From assembly GCA_964016885.1 (NCBI GenBank), contig OZ024741.1, positions 122,388,001-122,452,000 of the forward strand: DNA of 64,000 nucleotides, in the 5' to 3' direction. Below are positions 26,876 through 39,600 of this stretch, piece after piece. Each line of letters begins with the position of its first letter. Position 1 is the stretch's first letter. A program made the position numbers and the translations under genes. The notes beneath the pieces were generated by a model. The model worked only from the letters and a program-made list of their open reading frames with translations, searched no databases and was not told the origin of the DNA. This DNA is from Eledone cirrhosa. Taxonomy: Eukaryota.

Positions 26876-27137
26876 GTGTAAATAAATCCCTTTTTTTGTA
26901 CTGTTGACCATGTTATTCATCACTTTCTCAATTTTATTACTCCAAGATAAACTTACATAGGAATACAAGTGAAATCATAAACTCGCCACTTACGTAAACC
27001 TCTTATTGAGTCAAACGTGTACGCTAAAACTATCTATAATAAAAAGTATCCACAACCTCTAACTAGATTACCTATAACGATATGTTGTTATCCCTTGTAT
27101 ATACACACACACACACACACACAGATATATATATATA

Positions 27138-27686
27138 TATAAGTATGTACACGTACATACATATATGTATACAGATGTACAGTAGTATGTATATATATAT
27201 ACATACATGCACACATATATATGTACGTATGGATTCACCGAACATTTATTATAATGCTCGGTGTGTTTGTAAACAAACATCCCGTATTAAGCCGTAGTGT
27301 CCAGCAACCATCGTTGCTCGTTTGTTCAACACTAACAAAGCAACGCTATACTAGTTTCAAGCTTATTAGCTATCGTCAGCAACGTATATCTTCCTGCCAG
27401 ATTGTTGAACGTATATACTTACCTTATGCATATTAACGGCTGAGTAGCCCAATTTGCATATTGAGTGGGTTAATCGGCCGGGTGCACCGAAAACGATAAA
27501 CGCAAAAATGAAACCAAATTTCATTTCCCAGTCTTAGTACGGCTGTTACTTAAATATAAGTATGTACACGTACATACATATATGTATACAGATGTACAGT
27601 AGTATGTATATATATATACATACATGCACACATATATATATGTACGTATGGATTCACCGAACATTTATTATAATGCTCGGTGTGTA
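27138..27686 (-). repeat. Diverged retrozyme-like relative of the 472-bp monomer (~417-bp period, ~1.3 copies)
   Basis: AAGTATGTAC recurs at 27141 and 27558; the HHR and the octamer (27452-27459) are conserved. Confidence 0.85.
27343..27385 (-). ncRNA. Type I hammerhead ribozyme
   Basis: ACGUUG CUGACGA U-AGCU-AAUA-AGCU-U GAAAC UA GUA/UAGCGU; stem I is changed but still pairs. Confidence 0.85.
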
Positions 27687-27732
27687 TATATATATAAATA
27701 AATAAATATATATATATGTATTGCTTTGCTTT

Positions 27733-27774
<42 letters not shown>

Positions 27775-27971
27775 TAATTTAATATATCAACTAACATAAG
27801 CGCACAGATGCACGCCCATGCTAGCAAATACACAGGTTATGTCATAACACCTAGGTGGTTCAATGCAGGAGAATGCAGAACAATAATATAAAAGACGTAA
27901 AATAAGAAAATATCTTTAAAAAAAAAAAAAAAATTTCTTTTAAATTTTTTTTTTTACTTACTTAAATTTTC

Positions 27972-28053
27972 ACTCCAACTAATTAGTTTCTGCAATGGGA
28001 TAAAGACAGTTACGTAATCCAACTGTCGAGAATTCATTGCGTCATCAGGGAGT
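27972..28053 (-). ncRNA. Type I hammerhead ribozyme
   Basis: ACUCC CUGAUGA CGCAAUG...CAUUGCA GAAAC UAAUUA GUU/GGAGU. Confidence 0.85.
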
Positions 28054-28853
28054 CTATTCTCAGTTAAGTCTCCAGGCAATGCGCGGACACTGGCGGCTCA
28101 TATAAAAATAATAATAATTCGGTAGATCGAACAGCTTGCGAGGACTGGATTCTATGTACCGAAATTCTCACTGCTTCAAGTCAAATGGCCGATTCTAAAG
28201 AATCAATCACGTGACACAGAGGCTAGTTAGAAGGAATGGGATGGTAAGATGACTGACGCCTACTAACACCCCCCAAAAAATTTTTTTAGAAGTGGTTTTG
28301 GCAAGTTTGCTCGACAAATCAGTGATTTGGAGATAAATATAGATAATTTAATATATCAACTAAGTTGGAGTGAAAATTTAAGTAAGTAAAAAATAAAAAA
28401 AAAAAATTTTTTTTTTTTTTAAAGATATTTTCTTATTTTACGTCTTTTATATTATTGTTCTGCATTCTCCTGCATTGAACCACCTAGGTACTATGACATA
28501 ACCTGTGTATTTGCTAGCATGGGCGTGCATCTGTGCGCTTATGTTAGTTGATATATTAAATTATCTATATTTATCTCCAAATCACTGATTTGTCGAGCAA
28601 ACTTGCCAAAACCACTTCTAAAAAATTTTTTTTTGGGGTGTTAGTAGGCGTCAGTCATCTTACCATCCCATTCCTTCTAACTAGCCTCTGTGTCACGTGA
28701 TTGATTCTTTAGAATCGGCCATTTGACTTGAAGCAGTGAGAATTTCGGTACATAGAATCCAGTCCTCGCAAGATGTTCGATCTACCGAATTATTATTATT
28801 TTTATATGAGCCGCCAGTGTCCGCGCATTGCCTGGAGACTTAACTGAGAATAG

Positions 28854-28935
28854 ACTCCCTGATGATGCAATGAATTCTCGACAGTTGGATTACGTAACTG
28901 TCTTTATCCCATTGCAGAAACTAATTAGTTGGAGT
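28854..28935 (+). ncRNA. Type I hammerhead ribozyme
   Basis: ACUCC CUGAUGA UGCAAUG..GACAGUU..AACUGUC..CAUUGCA GAAAC UAAUUA GUU/GGAGU; palindromic helix III ACUAAUUAGU. Confidence 0.9.
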
Positions 28936-29011
28936 GAAAATTTAAGTATGTAAAAAATAAAAATAAATTTTTTTTTTTTTTTTAAAGATATTTTCTTATT
29001 TTACGTCTTTT

Positions 29012-29082
<71 letters not shown>

Positions 29083-29111
29083 CATATATATATATATATG
29101 CCAAAGCAAAG

Positions 29112-29159
<48 letters not shown>

Positions 29160-29472
29160 CTTTGGCCCCACTCAGTCACGAATGACCATGGTTTTGCACC
29201 TAGCATGGGCAAGGTTTTTTGTGGAAGACCAGCAGTCGCACATGCATACCAGCCTCCCCTCTCTACGCCACCAATGTTGTCCAAGGGAAAGGCAATGACC
29301 GATACAGCTTGGCACCAATGGCGTCGCAACTCTCACTTCTGCAGCTGAGTAAACTGGAACAACGTGAAATAAAGTGTCTTGCTCAAGGACACAACGCATC
29401 ACCCGGTCCACGAATCGGATTTACAACCTCTCAATTGCAAGCCCAATGCTCTAACCACTACGCCATGCGCCT
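29160..29472 (-). mobile_element. tRNA-derived SINE of a second family
   Basis: Head GGCGCATGGCGTAGTGGTTAGAGC (A-box-like) and core GTGTCCTTGAGCAAGACAC. Confidence 0.7.
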
Positions 29473-29495
29473 TCACACACACCAACACACACACC

Positions 29496-29561
<66 letters not shown>

Positions 29562-29578
29562 GACACACAGACACACAT

Positions 29579-29614
<36 letters not shown>

Positions 29615-30402
29615 CACAACATTAATTAGCTCCCTTTGTTATTAACCACCTTTACAACTTCCTGTGTAAACTTATAAAATTAAGTAACTTAACGGTTTAC
29701 CAACAGCTTAATAACGGATAATAGAAACCCTAGAAAAGATAATTTACAGATAACAAATGCATATGATAATATACCTAAAATAACAACATGGCCAGTAATT
29801 CGGAGGAATTTACATTTAACAAACAAACACCTATTGACTATAAACGACTTAAAATAATCCCATGGTTAATAGCTGTGAGTAACAAACAACATATGCACAT
29901 AAATACGAAATACAACACAAAAACACTTGAATGAAAATCACATACCCAACTCTATCTAGTGCTTTACATTACACCTTACATAACAAATACCGATATTATC
30001 ACCACACGCCTCTCTAACAAATTGCACACTATCTTAAATGTTTATAACAAATATAACATGCTTTAGCACCCCACACAAAATACGTTTATTTCAACTGCAT
30101 TATAACTCTTTCCTCATACATGAATTATTGACTGTATTGACTCCTGCATTGTACACCAATTGTCCTTGCTAATAACATCTTTGCCTGTATTCTTTTGCTT
30201 GTCATCTTTTTGCTTGTCATTTTTACTTTTACTTGTACCTATTACACTTCCAACCAGTGATGCCTGTAATTGTTTTATTTCAAGCGGAACCACTTTTTAA
30301 CTCCTGAATCTCCACATGATGCCTTTGACACTAATAACAACTATGTACCCTAAATGTTCAAAATGACTAGGATTCTAGTTACACGTTTTTGACATTCCTT
30401 AT

Positions 30403-30447
30403 GCTCCGATGATTCCAGACTTCCCTCTGGAAGAAACAATTATCAGC
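30403..30447 (+). ncRNA. Type I hammerhead, CCGAUGA core
   Basis: GCU CCGAUGA UUCCAGA-CUUCCC-UCUGGAA GAAAC AAUU AUC/AGC, then AAUAAA; one helix III mismatch. Confidence 0.7.
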
Positions 30448-30542
30448 TAATAAATGTTCTAAACTAAAATTTGATCGTTTTAACACTTTGTATATATATA
30501 TATAATATTAATAAATGGAAACTATCTTTATAAAACCATATT

Positions 30543-30599
30543 TATTTTATTATATTTCAAGGGTACCAGTATTTTGGTACGTTATCGTCAGATAAAATA
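30543..30599 (-). ncRNA. Minimal type I hammerhead
   Basis: UAUUUUAU CUGACGA UAAC-GUACCA-AAAUAC-UGGUAC-CCUU GAAA UA UA/AUAAAAUA. Confidence 0.7.
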
Positions 30600-30659
30600 T
30601 AATAATTGGTTTACAGATATTTATAATCTGTTACGCTCTACGTAAAGGAGTTAAGTGTA

Positions 30660-30715
<56 letters not shown>

Positions 30716-30772
30716 GGCTTTTACAGGTAAGAAACTGTTCCATTCGGGAGAAATCATCATATATATATATGC

Positions 30773-30813
<41 letters not shown>

Positions 30814-30929
30814 TTCGCTCGCTTTACATCAAGATGGTACTACTTTACCAGCGGCATATCAACCTATCAACATAACTACTTCCAGTAATTGTGTTAACAT
30901 CTGATAATAACATATTGGTGCCTATTACT

Positions 30930-31483
30930 AATTGTTTCTACTTTTGGTACAAGACCACCAATTATCCCAGTGTATTACTAGTACTTTATTTTATCGACCC
31001 CGTAAGGATGAAAGGCAAAGTTAACCTTAGCGGGATTTGAACTCAGACCATAAAGGGCCGTAACTCTTTGCTGCAAAGCATGGCGTCCGACCCTCTACCG
31101 ATACTGCCAATCCACCGCCTATTAATAATGGTTTCTTATATAGGCACAAGGCCAGCAATAACCCAGTGTACTTTATTTTATCGACCCTGTAAGGATGAAA
31201 AGCAAAGTTAACCTCGGCGGGATTTGAACTCAGATCGTAAAGGGACGTAACTACGCTGAAAAGCATGTCTGACCCTCCACCAATACTGACAAAATAATTG
31301 TTTCTACTTTAGGCACAAGGCCAGAAATTACGCAATACATTACTGGTACTTTATTTTATCGACCCCGTAAGGATGAAAGGCAAAGTTAACCTCGGCGGGA
31401 TTTGAACTCAGACTGTAAAAGGGACGTAACTATGCTAGAAAGCATGGCGTCCAACCCTCTACCAATACTGCCAATTCACCGCG
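30930..31483 (-). mobile_element. Three tandem tRNA-SINE copies
   Basis: Three repeats of the 4704-family body, head to tail. Confidence 0.85.
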
Positions 31484-31741
31484 ACAAAATAATGTAATCA
31501 TTTCATGTTTACTAAGTACCATGTCATTGAAATATATATAATGTAATACATACAATTATGTAAACATTGCCTCTATCTCAACGTTATTTCGTAAATGGAA
31601 ACTCCGTCATGCTTAATCGTCACCAAATGTTGGACACATACGACTGGCGTGTAATGCTTTTTAACTGCTTAAACCGGATTATCTTCGTGATTTGACAGCG
31701 TAACATTCACATATAAACATACTAATTATCAGTCAGCAACC

Positions 31742-31790
<49 letters not shown>

Positions 31791-31793
31791 TGC

Positions 31794-31876
31794 GTGCCCG
31801 ATGAGGGGCCAGATTAGGAGAGCCTCCTCCACTAAACAGCAGTGGCCAAACTAGACTCCGAAACCAATGGTCGCAC
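31794..31876 (+). ncRNA. Type I hammerhead, CCGAUGA core, branched stem II
   Basis: GUGC CCGAUGA GGGG...CUCC GAAAC CAAUG GUC/GCAC; internal hairpins GGAG/CUCC and CCACU/AGUGG. Confidence 0.8.
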
Positions 31877-32094
31877 ATATATTTTAATTGTATGAAACTT
31901 CACACACACAAAACTATCATAACATGCATCTATTCGGATATGCGCTACAAGTTATGTACATGTTATGTTTATCGCATATCGAAGGTTTCTGACAATTTTA
32001 GATCTACACTAATCCGTACAACTAAATCCAGCAAATTCCCCCGCCACCTCCACCCAATTCAGAAATGTTTCCACCGCGCTTATATATATATATA

Positions 32095-32711
32095 CTAGCA
32101 GTGGTACTCGGCGTTGCACTGGATAAGGTATTTTGGAACGCGGGCCGCCAACAGACCAATTCGTGGAAAAACTGTATGCCTGGAAAATATGTAAAGAAAA
32201 TAAACCGAATACTCTGATGGCTGGATAATCTTTAAGATTTTCCTCGATGAAGCAGGAAAAATGCAGGTTTTCACCTAGGGGATCAAGAAAATGAATTTTT
32301 TTATGTGCATAATATGCCTTGAAATTGCGGGAAAATAGGCTAGACGTATCGCCTCAAAAAAGCCCTAAAAAGCTGAAAAAATGAAGTTTTTCACCTAATG
32401 CTAGGCCATAAGTTGTTGGATTTTCTTTGCTTACGGTATGAAGAAGTGACTGACTAATACATAGTTACAATTTCAAGGAAATCAGTCTGACGTAACGACT
32501 CAAAACCCCCTAAAAACCGGAAAAACGCAGTTCTTCAACTAATGCGGGCCCTAGGGGATCAACAAATTGAATGTTTTATGTGCATAACACTCCCTGATAC
32601 ATAAGCAATACACATGTAAAGTTTGAAAACGGTCGGTGGGTGCTTCTTTAGTTTTAGGGATTCAAACTCACACACACACAGACAGACATCCTCAGTTTTA
32701 TATATATATAG

Positions 32712-32712
<1 letters not shown>
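32095..32712 (-). mobile_element. Non-autonomous Helitron
   Basis: Minus-strand 5' TCTATATATATATAAAACTGA; 3' imperfect hairpin CCAGTGCAACGCCGAG followed by CTAG; inserted at A|T. Confidence 0.8.
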
Positions 32713-32777
<65 letters not shown>

Positions 32778-32807
32778 ACACATATATATATATATATATG
32801 ATATATT

Positions 32808-32838
<31 letters not shown>

Positions 32839-32913
32839 ATACACACAGATATATACAGATATATATGTGTGCATGCACGCACACGAGCACACATATATAT
32901 AGAAATGTATATA

Positions 32914-33027
<114 letters not shown>

Positions 33028-33258
33028 CAAGGGCGGTGGAAACATTTCTGAATTGGGTGGAGGTGACGGGGGAATTTGCTCGATTTAGTTGTACGGATTA
33101 GTGTAGATCTAAAGTTGTCAGAAATCTTCGATATGCGTTAAACATAACATGTACATACATTGTAGCGCATATTCAAATGGATGCATGTTATGATAGTTTG
33201 GGGAGAAAATAAAATTATGTGGGGGAGGGGAGCATGTCCCCCCAGTTCCACTGTCCCT
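33028..33258. mobile_element. Small TIR element (MITE, hAT-like)
   Basis: Imperfect TIRs AGGGCGGTGGAA / TTCCACTGTCCCT, within (TA)n. Confidence 0.45.
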
Positions 33259-33455
33259 ATATATATAATGAAAAAAATGTATGCTCTGTATCCTTTCCTA
33301 AGGGGTTAATATATCGACCCTCTTGGTATTTGGTAAGAAATTGGTATTATACCCAATTTATTCATCTCTCTTTCTCTCTATATATATACATTCATTTATT
33401 ATGGCTATTGGTGAGCTTTGTTGCTCTAACTTTTCACCTGCGTCCTCACAGAATC

Positions 33456-33502
33456 TTATCTGATGATCCTGTGAGTACGCAGGAGAAACTGCCGAGCCAT
33501 AA
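33456..33502 (+). ncRNA. Decayed hammerhead (GCC in place of GUC)
   Basis: UUAU CUGAUGA UCCUGUG-AGUA-CGCAGGA GAAAC UGCCGA GCC/AUAA, then AAUAAA. Confidence 0.55.
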
Positions 33503-33889
33503 TAAATGAATACTGTCTTTAGTATTGAGTTTTCGTTCTTACGTCCGTCAATAATTCACATACTGTCAGGTCTTGAATAATCATGCCCACCTATTAAATT
33601 TTCAAATTTTCTTCTAATCCTCTCGTTTTTATTCCAGCCCCACCTTGCTTATTAATTTTGCTAATATATCTTCGGCGAAATTTTATTGTAAGTGAATCAT
33701 ATTGATACAGCAGCTAAAGCATCTAATAATAATTTTACTTTTCATTAAAAAAATAATATATGGCAAAATAAGAACATTACAAAAAATCCCATATTTACGA
33801 ACGTACACTATTCAATTACCGATTTTCCAAGCCACCCGACTCCTTATTCCAAACCCTCCTATTATTTTGGACCCAAGAGGACCACCAAT

Positions 33890-34680
33890 CTACTCGCCTC
33901 TCTGTCTGCATATACAAAACACTTTCCCAATTCCCCTCTTTATATCAATCATACCCAAACTCTCGCCCTCGCTATCTCTACCCTACGACACACTCTCATT
34001 ATCCCTCTCACTCTATCCATCACTAGCAAACCCTCCAACTCTCTATCCCGAATAGACAACACTCTATCATAATCCCCCTCTCTTCATAAATCGCCACAAC
34101 AGTCTTCCCGTCTCTATATCTATTATACAACACCCTCTCGTAATTGTTCTCTCTCTATCCAACACAAACTGTATATATTTTACGACACTGTTTCTCTCAA
34201 TCCCGCCCTCTATATTTAACAATATTTATCTCTCCCAACCCCCTCATTATATCTACAAGCATTGAAATCTACCCCTCTCTATATCTACTACATGATACTC
34301 TCTCCCAGACCCCCTCTCTATATCAATTATTACCAAATTATTCCCCTCACTATATCTAGCATACAACACTCTCTCTCATTCCCTCTCACTCTATTCATCA
34401 ATCCCAAACTCTCCCCCTGTCTATATCTATGAATACTTATATCTATCAATCTTCTCATTCTTTTCATTACCCCCAAACACTTCCCCTCTCTACATCAACC
34501 ATACAACACTCTCCCGATCCCGCTCTCTGTGTCAATTAGCACCAAACACTCCCACTCGCTATATCTACTACAAGGAACTCTCTCCTGATCCTCTCTCTCT
34601 ATATCAATTGATACCCAACTGCCCCTCAATATCTACTACACGGAACTCTCTTCCAATATCCCTCTCTATATCAATTACCA
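33890..34680. repeat. Degenerate C/T-rich minisatellite (period roughly 30/60 bp)
   Basis: Recurrent CTCTCTATATCAAT..CCCAAACTCTCCC..CTATATCTA..ACACTCTC units. Confidence 0.7.
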
Positions 34681-34878
34681 CTTGATATAGACGTGATTTA
34701 CTTTGCTCCGGATTTTTGCGGATTGTTGTAAAAAAGAACTGTGAGTTTATTGATCAATTTAATAACATTGTTTGGTTTAGCCCCTTGCCTTGGCCGTCAG
34801 ACATTAAGTCAACAAATTTTCGCCCCTTTCTGGGGCGAAATTTTCAATTTTCATCTAAAAACTGTAGACTTGGTGGCA

Positions 34879-36639
34879 ATGGATGCCATTTCCACCTCGC
34901 ACACTGTCGTGAGTGCCACGCCCACTAAGAAAAGTGGTGGAGGGAAGGTAGGAGTACAAAGCTTGCAGCCGTCCCCCCTCGCATCATCGAAAAACGTGGA
35001 AAATATCGAAACCGCGAAACCAAATCCGGCAAATAATACCAGCAGCAACAACAAGAACAATGACAACACCACAGCCAACAACTGCAACACCAATATTACC
35101 AACAGTGACAGTAACACGAAAGACAACAACACCAAAACAACATTTGCACAGAGCGTAAAAAAAAACGAACTATACACGCCAATAGACATAACAAATGCTA
35201 AACAACTATTACAAGACGCAAAACAATTCGTGACTTTTGGCGAAAACGGTGCTTTTAGCATCAATTCTCCACAGGAATTACGTAGAGAAGCTGTCCTGAA
35301 AACTGTGGTTTTCAGGACAATGTCGAACGTAACAAGAAAACCAGCTCAATTATCACAAAATGAAATTGAGCTGGTTCTAAAAGACGCAATGAAGGACTTA
35401 ACCTTCATACAAAAAGGTAAACTGTTTGGTAGCATTTCGGTGCTGATGAACAACCAGTCAACAGCTCAAAAGTACTCGATAGCACCCATTGTGTCCCCCC
35501 ACTTCACCTTTTACCCCACATACAGGTGGAAAAGGACACAAAGAATAAAAATAATGAGTATCACACCAAATGTAAACATTTGGTGGATACTATGTGGAAT
35601 AATAAACTTTGACGAAGACAAGATAATTTCAATAGGAAAGTCCTCCGGAGGTGTATTTGGTGGGACCACCGTAGAAGTTCTGGTGCAAATGAGCCCAGAA
35701 CGAATAGCGAATATCCCACAAGCGTGCCTCTGGACGGGCTAACTTATATAAACATTTCAGTGGAGGGAAGGCGGTCGTCATGTTACCACTGCTTAAGCAG
35801 GGGTCACCTGAGGGCTGCCTGTCCTCAATTAACGAGTAAAAAAAAAAGGCTCTTCTGCCAACCCCGAACACAACAACACAACCACCACCACCACCACCAC
35901 CACAACAACAACACGGAAAAATAACAACACAAAACACTGTTAAACCCAACCCCTCCCCACCTAAAACAAATACAAAAGCAACCACAACAAAACCCCAAAA
36001 TATACCCCTCCCCAACAACACGGAAGAGGACTCCGTATCAACGTCACCCAGTGACGACGAGGGAAAACCCTTTCAACAGGTGAAAAGGAAAAAAAAAAGG
36101 CACCACATTAACAAAAATTCCACAAACACACAGCCACCAGTACAAACAGAACAAACACCACAAATAAAAAACCCACCCCTCCCCAAAACATAACACGTAC
36201 TATAAAACGCAAACACCCGCAAGAACAACAAACAAAAACAAACACAACACAACAAAAACTCTATACATACATTAACAAGAACAATAAAACGTTGATGAAA
36301 GCGATAGAAAATAACCCTTCGGTGGAAACCGAAGGGATTACTTTCCCCTACGCAGCGAACAAACCGCACCTAATGATGATTAGGGTCCCAACGGAAACCT
36401 ATGTAACTTTGAAAAAGAACCATCCAATGCATGTGGGGACCAACTGCACCAAACCACATAACAGCGTCCTATTGAGATGTTTCCCCACCCCCACACCAGA
36501 CACCCACACCCCACCAAACACCCAAATCCCACCGCACACTGATGTCCTCACCCCACCACAAACCACCACCCCACCAAACAACCCTTCCAACACCCCCATG
36601 GAAATTGTGCAGCCTGGTCCCCAGGAGACGAAGAGGTAA
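34879..36639 (+). pseudogene. LINE ORF1 (gag-like, CX2CX4HX4C knuckle), frameshifted
   Basis: ORF pieces 34741-35742, 35724-35924 (CYHCLSRGHLRAAC) and 36292-36639; homologous to 60.4-61.3 kb. Confidence 0.8.
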
Positions 36640-36681
36640 GTAATTTCCTTTCCTCTTCCTTTTTACCTCTTCAGCACCAAC

Positions 36682-39600
36682 ATGGCCAATATAAGAGTTG
36701 GATGTGTGAATGCACGCGGCTTGGGGATGTCCTGGAAACAGGGCAAACTCTTAAATGACCTCAGGTCGCACAGAGTGGATGTAATGGTTATTTGCGAGTC
36801 CAGGATCAGCAGCGAGCGCCAACTGGCCCCCATCTTCGACGACTTTGAGATCTACGCATCTCTCGGTCAGCCGAGGGGTGGGGGTGGGGTTGTCGTTCTG
36901 CTGCGAAAATACCTGGGTCTTGCCACACAGAAGGTGCACCTGGACCCGGAGGGTCGACTGGTGGTTTTAGACATCGGCAGTGGTGAAGGTGAAGCTTTCA
37001 GGCTGGTGGCAGCGTATGCCCCATCGGGGACACCGCGACCGGACTTCTTCCGACGCCTGGAGAATTTCCTGGGAACGTCTCGCTCCTTGCTTTTAGTGGG
37101 GGACTGGAATGGTATCCTGGATGCACGTTGGGACTATGTAGGGGCATGTCTCGATAGAGGGGGGTGTAACAGCCTCAAACGATTAGTCGGCCGATTTGAT
37201 CTGGCCGATAGATATCGAATGGATTTTCCGACTGTGCCACGATGGACGTGGAGTAATCGCAGCGGAACATCCAGGTCGTACCTAGATAGGTTCCTAGTTA
37301 GAAATAAGGATAGGGACATATTAAGCTGTCCACGAATGTTCATGGTTGACTATTCGGATCACAAGTTGTTGACCGGAGTGGTCAAACTTGATAGAACTCA
37401 TAGACAGGGACCCGGTTACTGGAAGCTAAACTTGTCTTTACCGACAAACAAAGCTTACAGTAAGCGGATTAGCACACTAGTTAAGCAGCGTTTGACGGGG
37501 GCAATTGTCAACAACAGGTGGTGGGGCTCTCTCAAGAGAGAAATTAGAATAGAATCGATAGGTTTTAGTCGGGAATTAGCATCAGATAGGAATAGAAATG
37601 AAAGGGAATTAACAAATAGAGTAGAAGAGGCGATTAGGAGTGGCAACGTGGCCGGCGTGCTGGCGTCAAGAACGGCCCTAGACCAGTTCTTTGATGCGAA
37701 GCACGAGGGCTGCGTTATCAGGAGTAAAATACGTGCTCTGGGTAACGAGGGAGCCAAAGCTGTTAGCTGGGCCCGAGTGACAGAGGCAAAAAGTGGAAAC
37801 AAGTCCATGATTCGGTCTTTGAAGGACCAGGATGGACGCGTGATCCTTGAACCTGAGCGGATGAGCGCGGCCTTTCGACGGCGCTTTGCACGACTGTTCG
37901 GGAGCGGCGGCGGGCCGGGTGGGGCCATGGATTTCGGTCCATACCTCGACGGTCTGGCGCGGCTCTCGGACGGGGATACGAAGTCCGGCGAGAGGCCGAT
38001 TTCAGCCGCTGAAATAGGGGAAGCGCTGAGCCAATGCGGCAAACGCAAATCTCCGGGTCTCGATGGTCTACCATACGAACTTTATGTAGCGATGCCGGGC
38101 TTGTCTCCGGTCTCCTCGAGGCGGTCTACTGCAACTGGCAACAGAACGGGAGAATTCCCAGTTCTGTGACCAAGGGCGTAGTCACGCTGGTGAGGAAGGA
38201 CGAGAACAAGGGGGATGACATAGATAACTTCAGGCCCATAACTCTGCTAAACACAGAGTTAAAGATTTTGGCCAAGGTGTTAGCGAAGAGGTTGGCGCTT
38301 GTCGTCGGGAACTTGGTGGGAGAAGCGCAGACATACGCAATCCCGTCCAGGTCCATACACGACAACCTCCACCTCATGCGATACATCGTAGAGAGGGTAG
38401 GAAACGAACCCGGCTTTGGTGGGGCCCTGATCAATCTAAAGCGTTCGATAGGCTTGACCATCGGTACCTGGATGCGGTGCTCGCGGCGGCAGGCTTCGGA
38501 CCCCTTTTCAGGGGCTGGATTGCTGCAATGCACAGCAGCAACACCTGCTCGAGGGTCAAGGTGAACGGCTACCTTTCGGAGCCGTTCCAAATCACGCGAT
38601 CCATTCGACAGAGATTCCCTCTCTCCTCCCTCCTGTATGTGCTGGCTCTCGAGCCACTACTGAGGAAGCTGGAGCTGTTGCAGGGCATCCCGATGCAACC
38701 GGGATTGCGGAAAGCGGTGTCGGCCTACGCCGATGACGTGACAGTAATGGTGTCGTGCGCCTCGGAAATCGGGCAGATCGGCACCTTACTGGAGGAATAT
38801 GAAAGGTTCACAGGAGCCAAGCTGAACCGGGACGAGTCCGTCGGTTTGCAACTCGGGACGTAGAGGGGCAAAACGATGCCCTCCGACGGCATCGTTGGAC
38901 GCTGGACGGAGGGACCGGTGAAGCTGCTCGGGGTCTGGTTCGGACCGGACCTCCAGGTGGAGAAAAAATGGGACGAGGTAACGGGCAAGGTGTTTGCACT
39001 CGCCCAGAAGTGGGCCGAGTGCAAACTATCCCTGAAAGGTCGAGCGGAGGTGGCGAACGCTTATATAGCGTCCGTCATCTACTACCGCTTGACCTTCGTG
39101 CCTTGCCCAGAGAAAACACTCGCCAAAATGGAGCGCGCGCTCTTCCGATTTCTTTGGAAGAAGCGGGCTCCTTTGGTGAGAAGATCCATCTGCTGTCAAC
39201 ACCCTTCGAACGGAGGGCTGGGGATGCCGTGGCTGACGATGCGTAGACACGCATTAAGGCTACGGCACCTCCAGGTATTCCTCACCGGTCAGCCGGTGTG
39301 GGCCCTGTTTGTGAGGCGAGCCTTTCCGAGACTCGTCTCACTCACCGAGCTGCAATCCTGGGTCAAGCAAAGACCGAGAAAAGTGGGCGACTGGCACATT
39401 GAATGTGCACAGGCGCTCACGGCCCTCTGGCAAGCGGATCCGGCAATCAGTGGAGACTCAACCTCAACATTCTATAGAGGGTTGGTGCGCAGTAAGTGCG
39501 ACGACGCTCTCGGAGAGGCTCTGGGCATGGAGGAAGACGAGCTGGCCAGTCTGTTCGGTAGGACGTTTGGCCCGGGACCTATGGACAACTTCCAAAGTCC

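Larger units (their letters stand above)
27772..29013. mobile_element. Second hammerhead monomer family (~565 nt): two circularly permuted, more-than-unit-length copies in inverted orientation
   Basis: Left arm 27772-28363 has a terminal direct repeat AGATAATTTAATATATCAACTAA. Right arm 28364-29013 starts at GTT/GGAGT and repeats it at 28928. Flanked by (TA)n. Confidence 0.85.
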
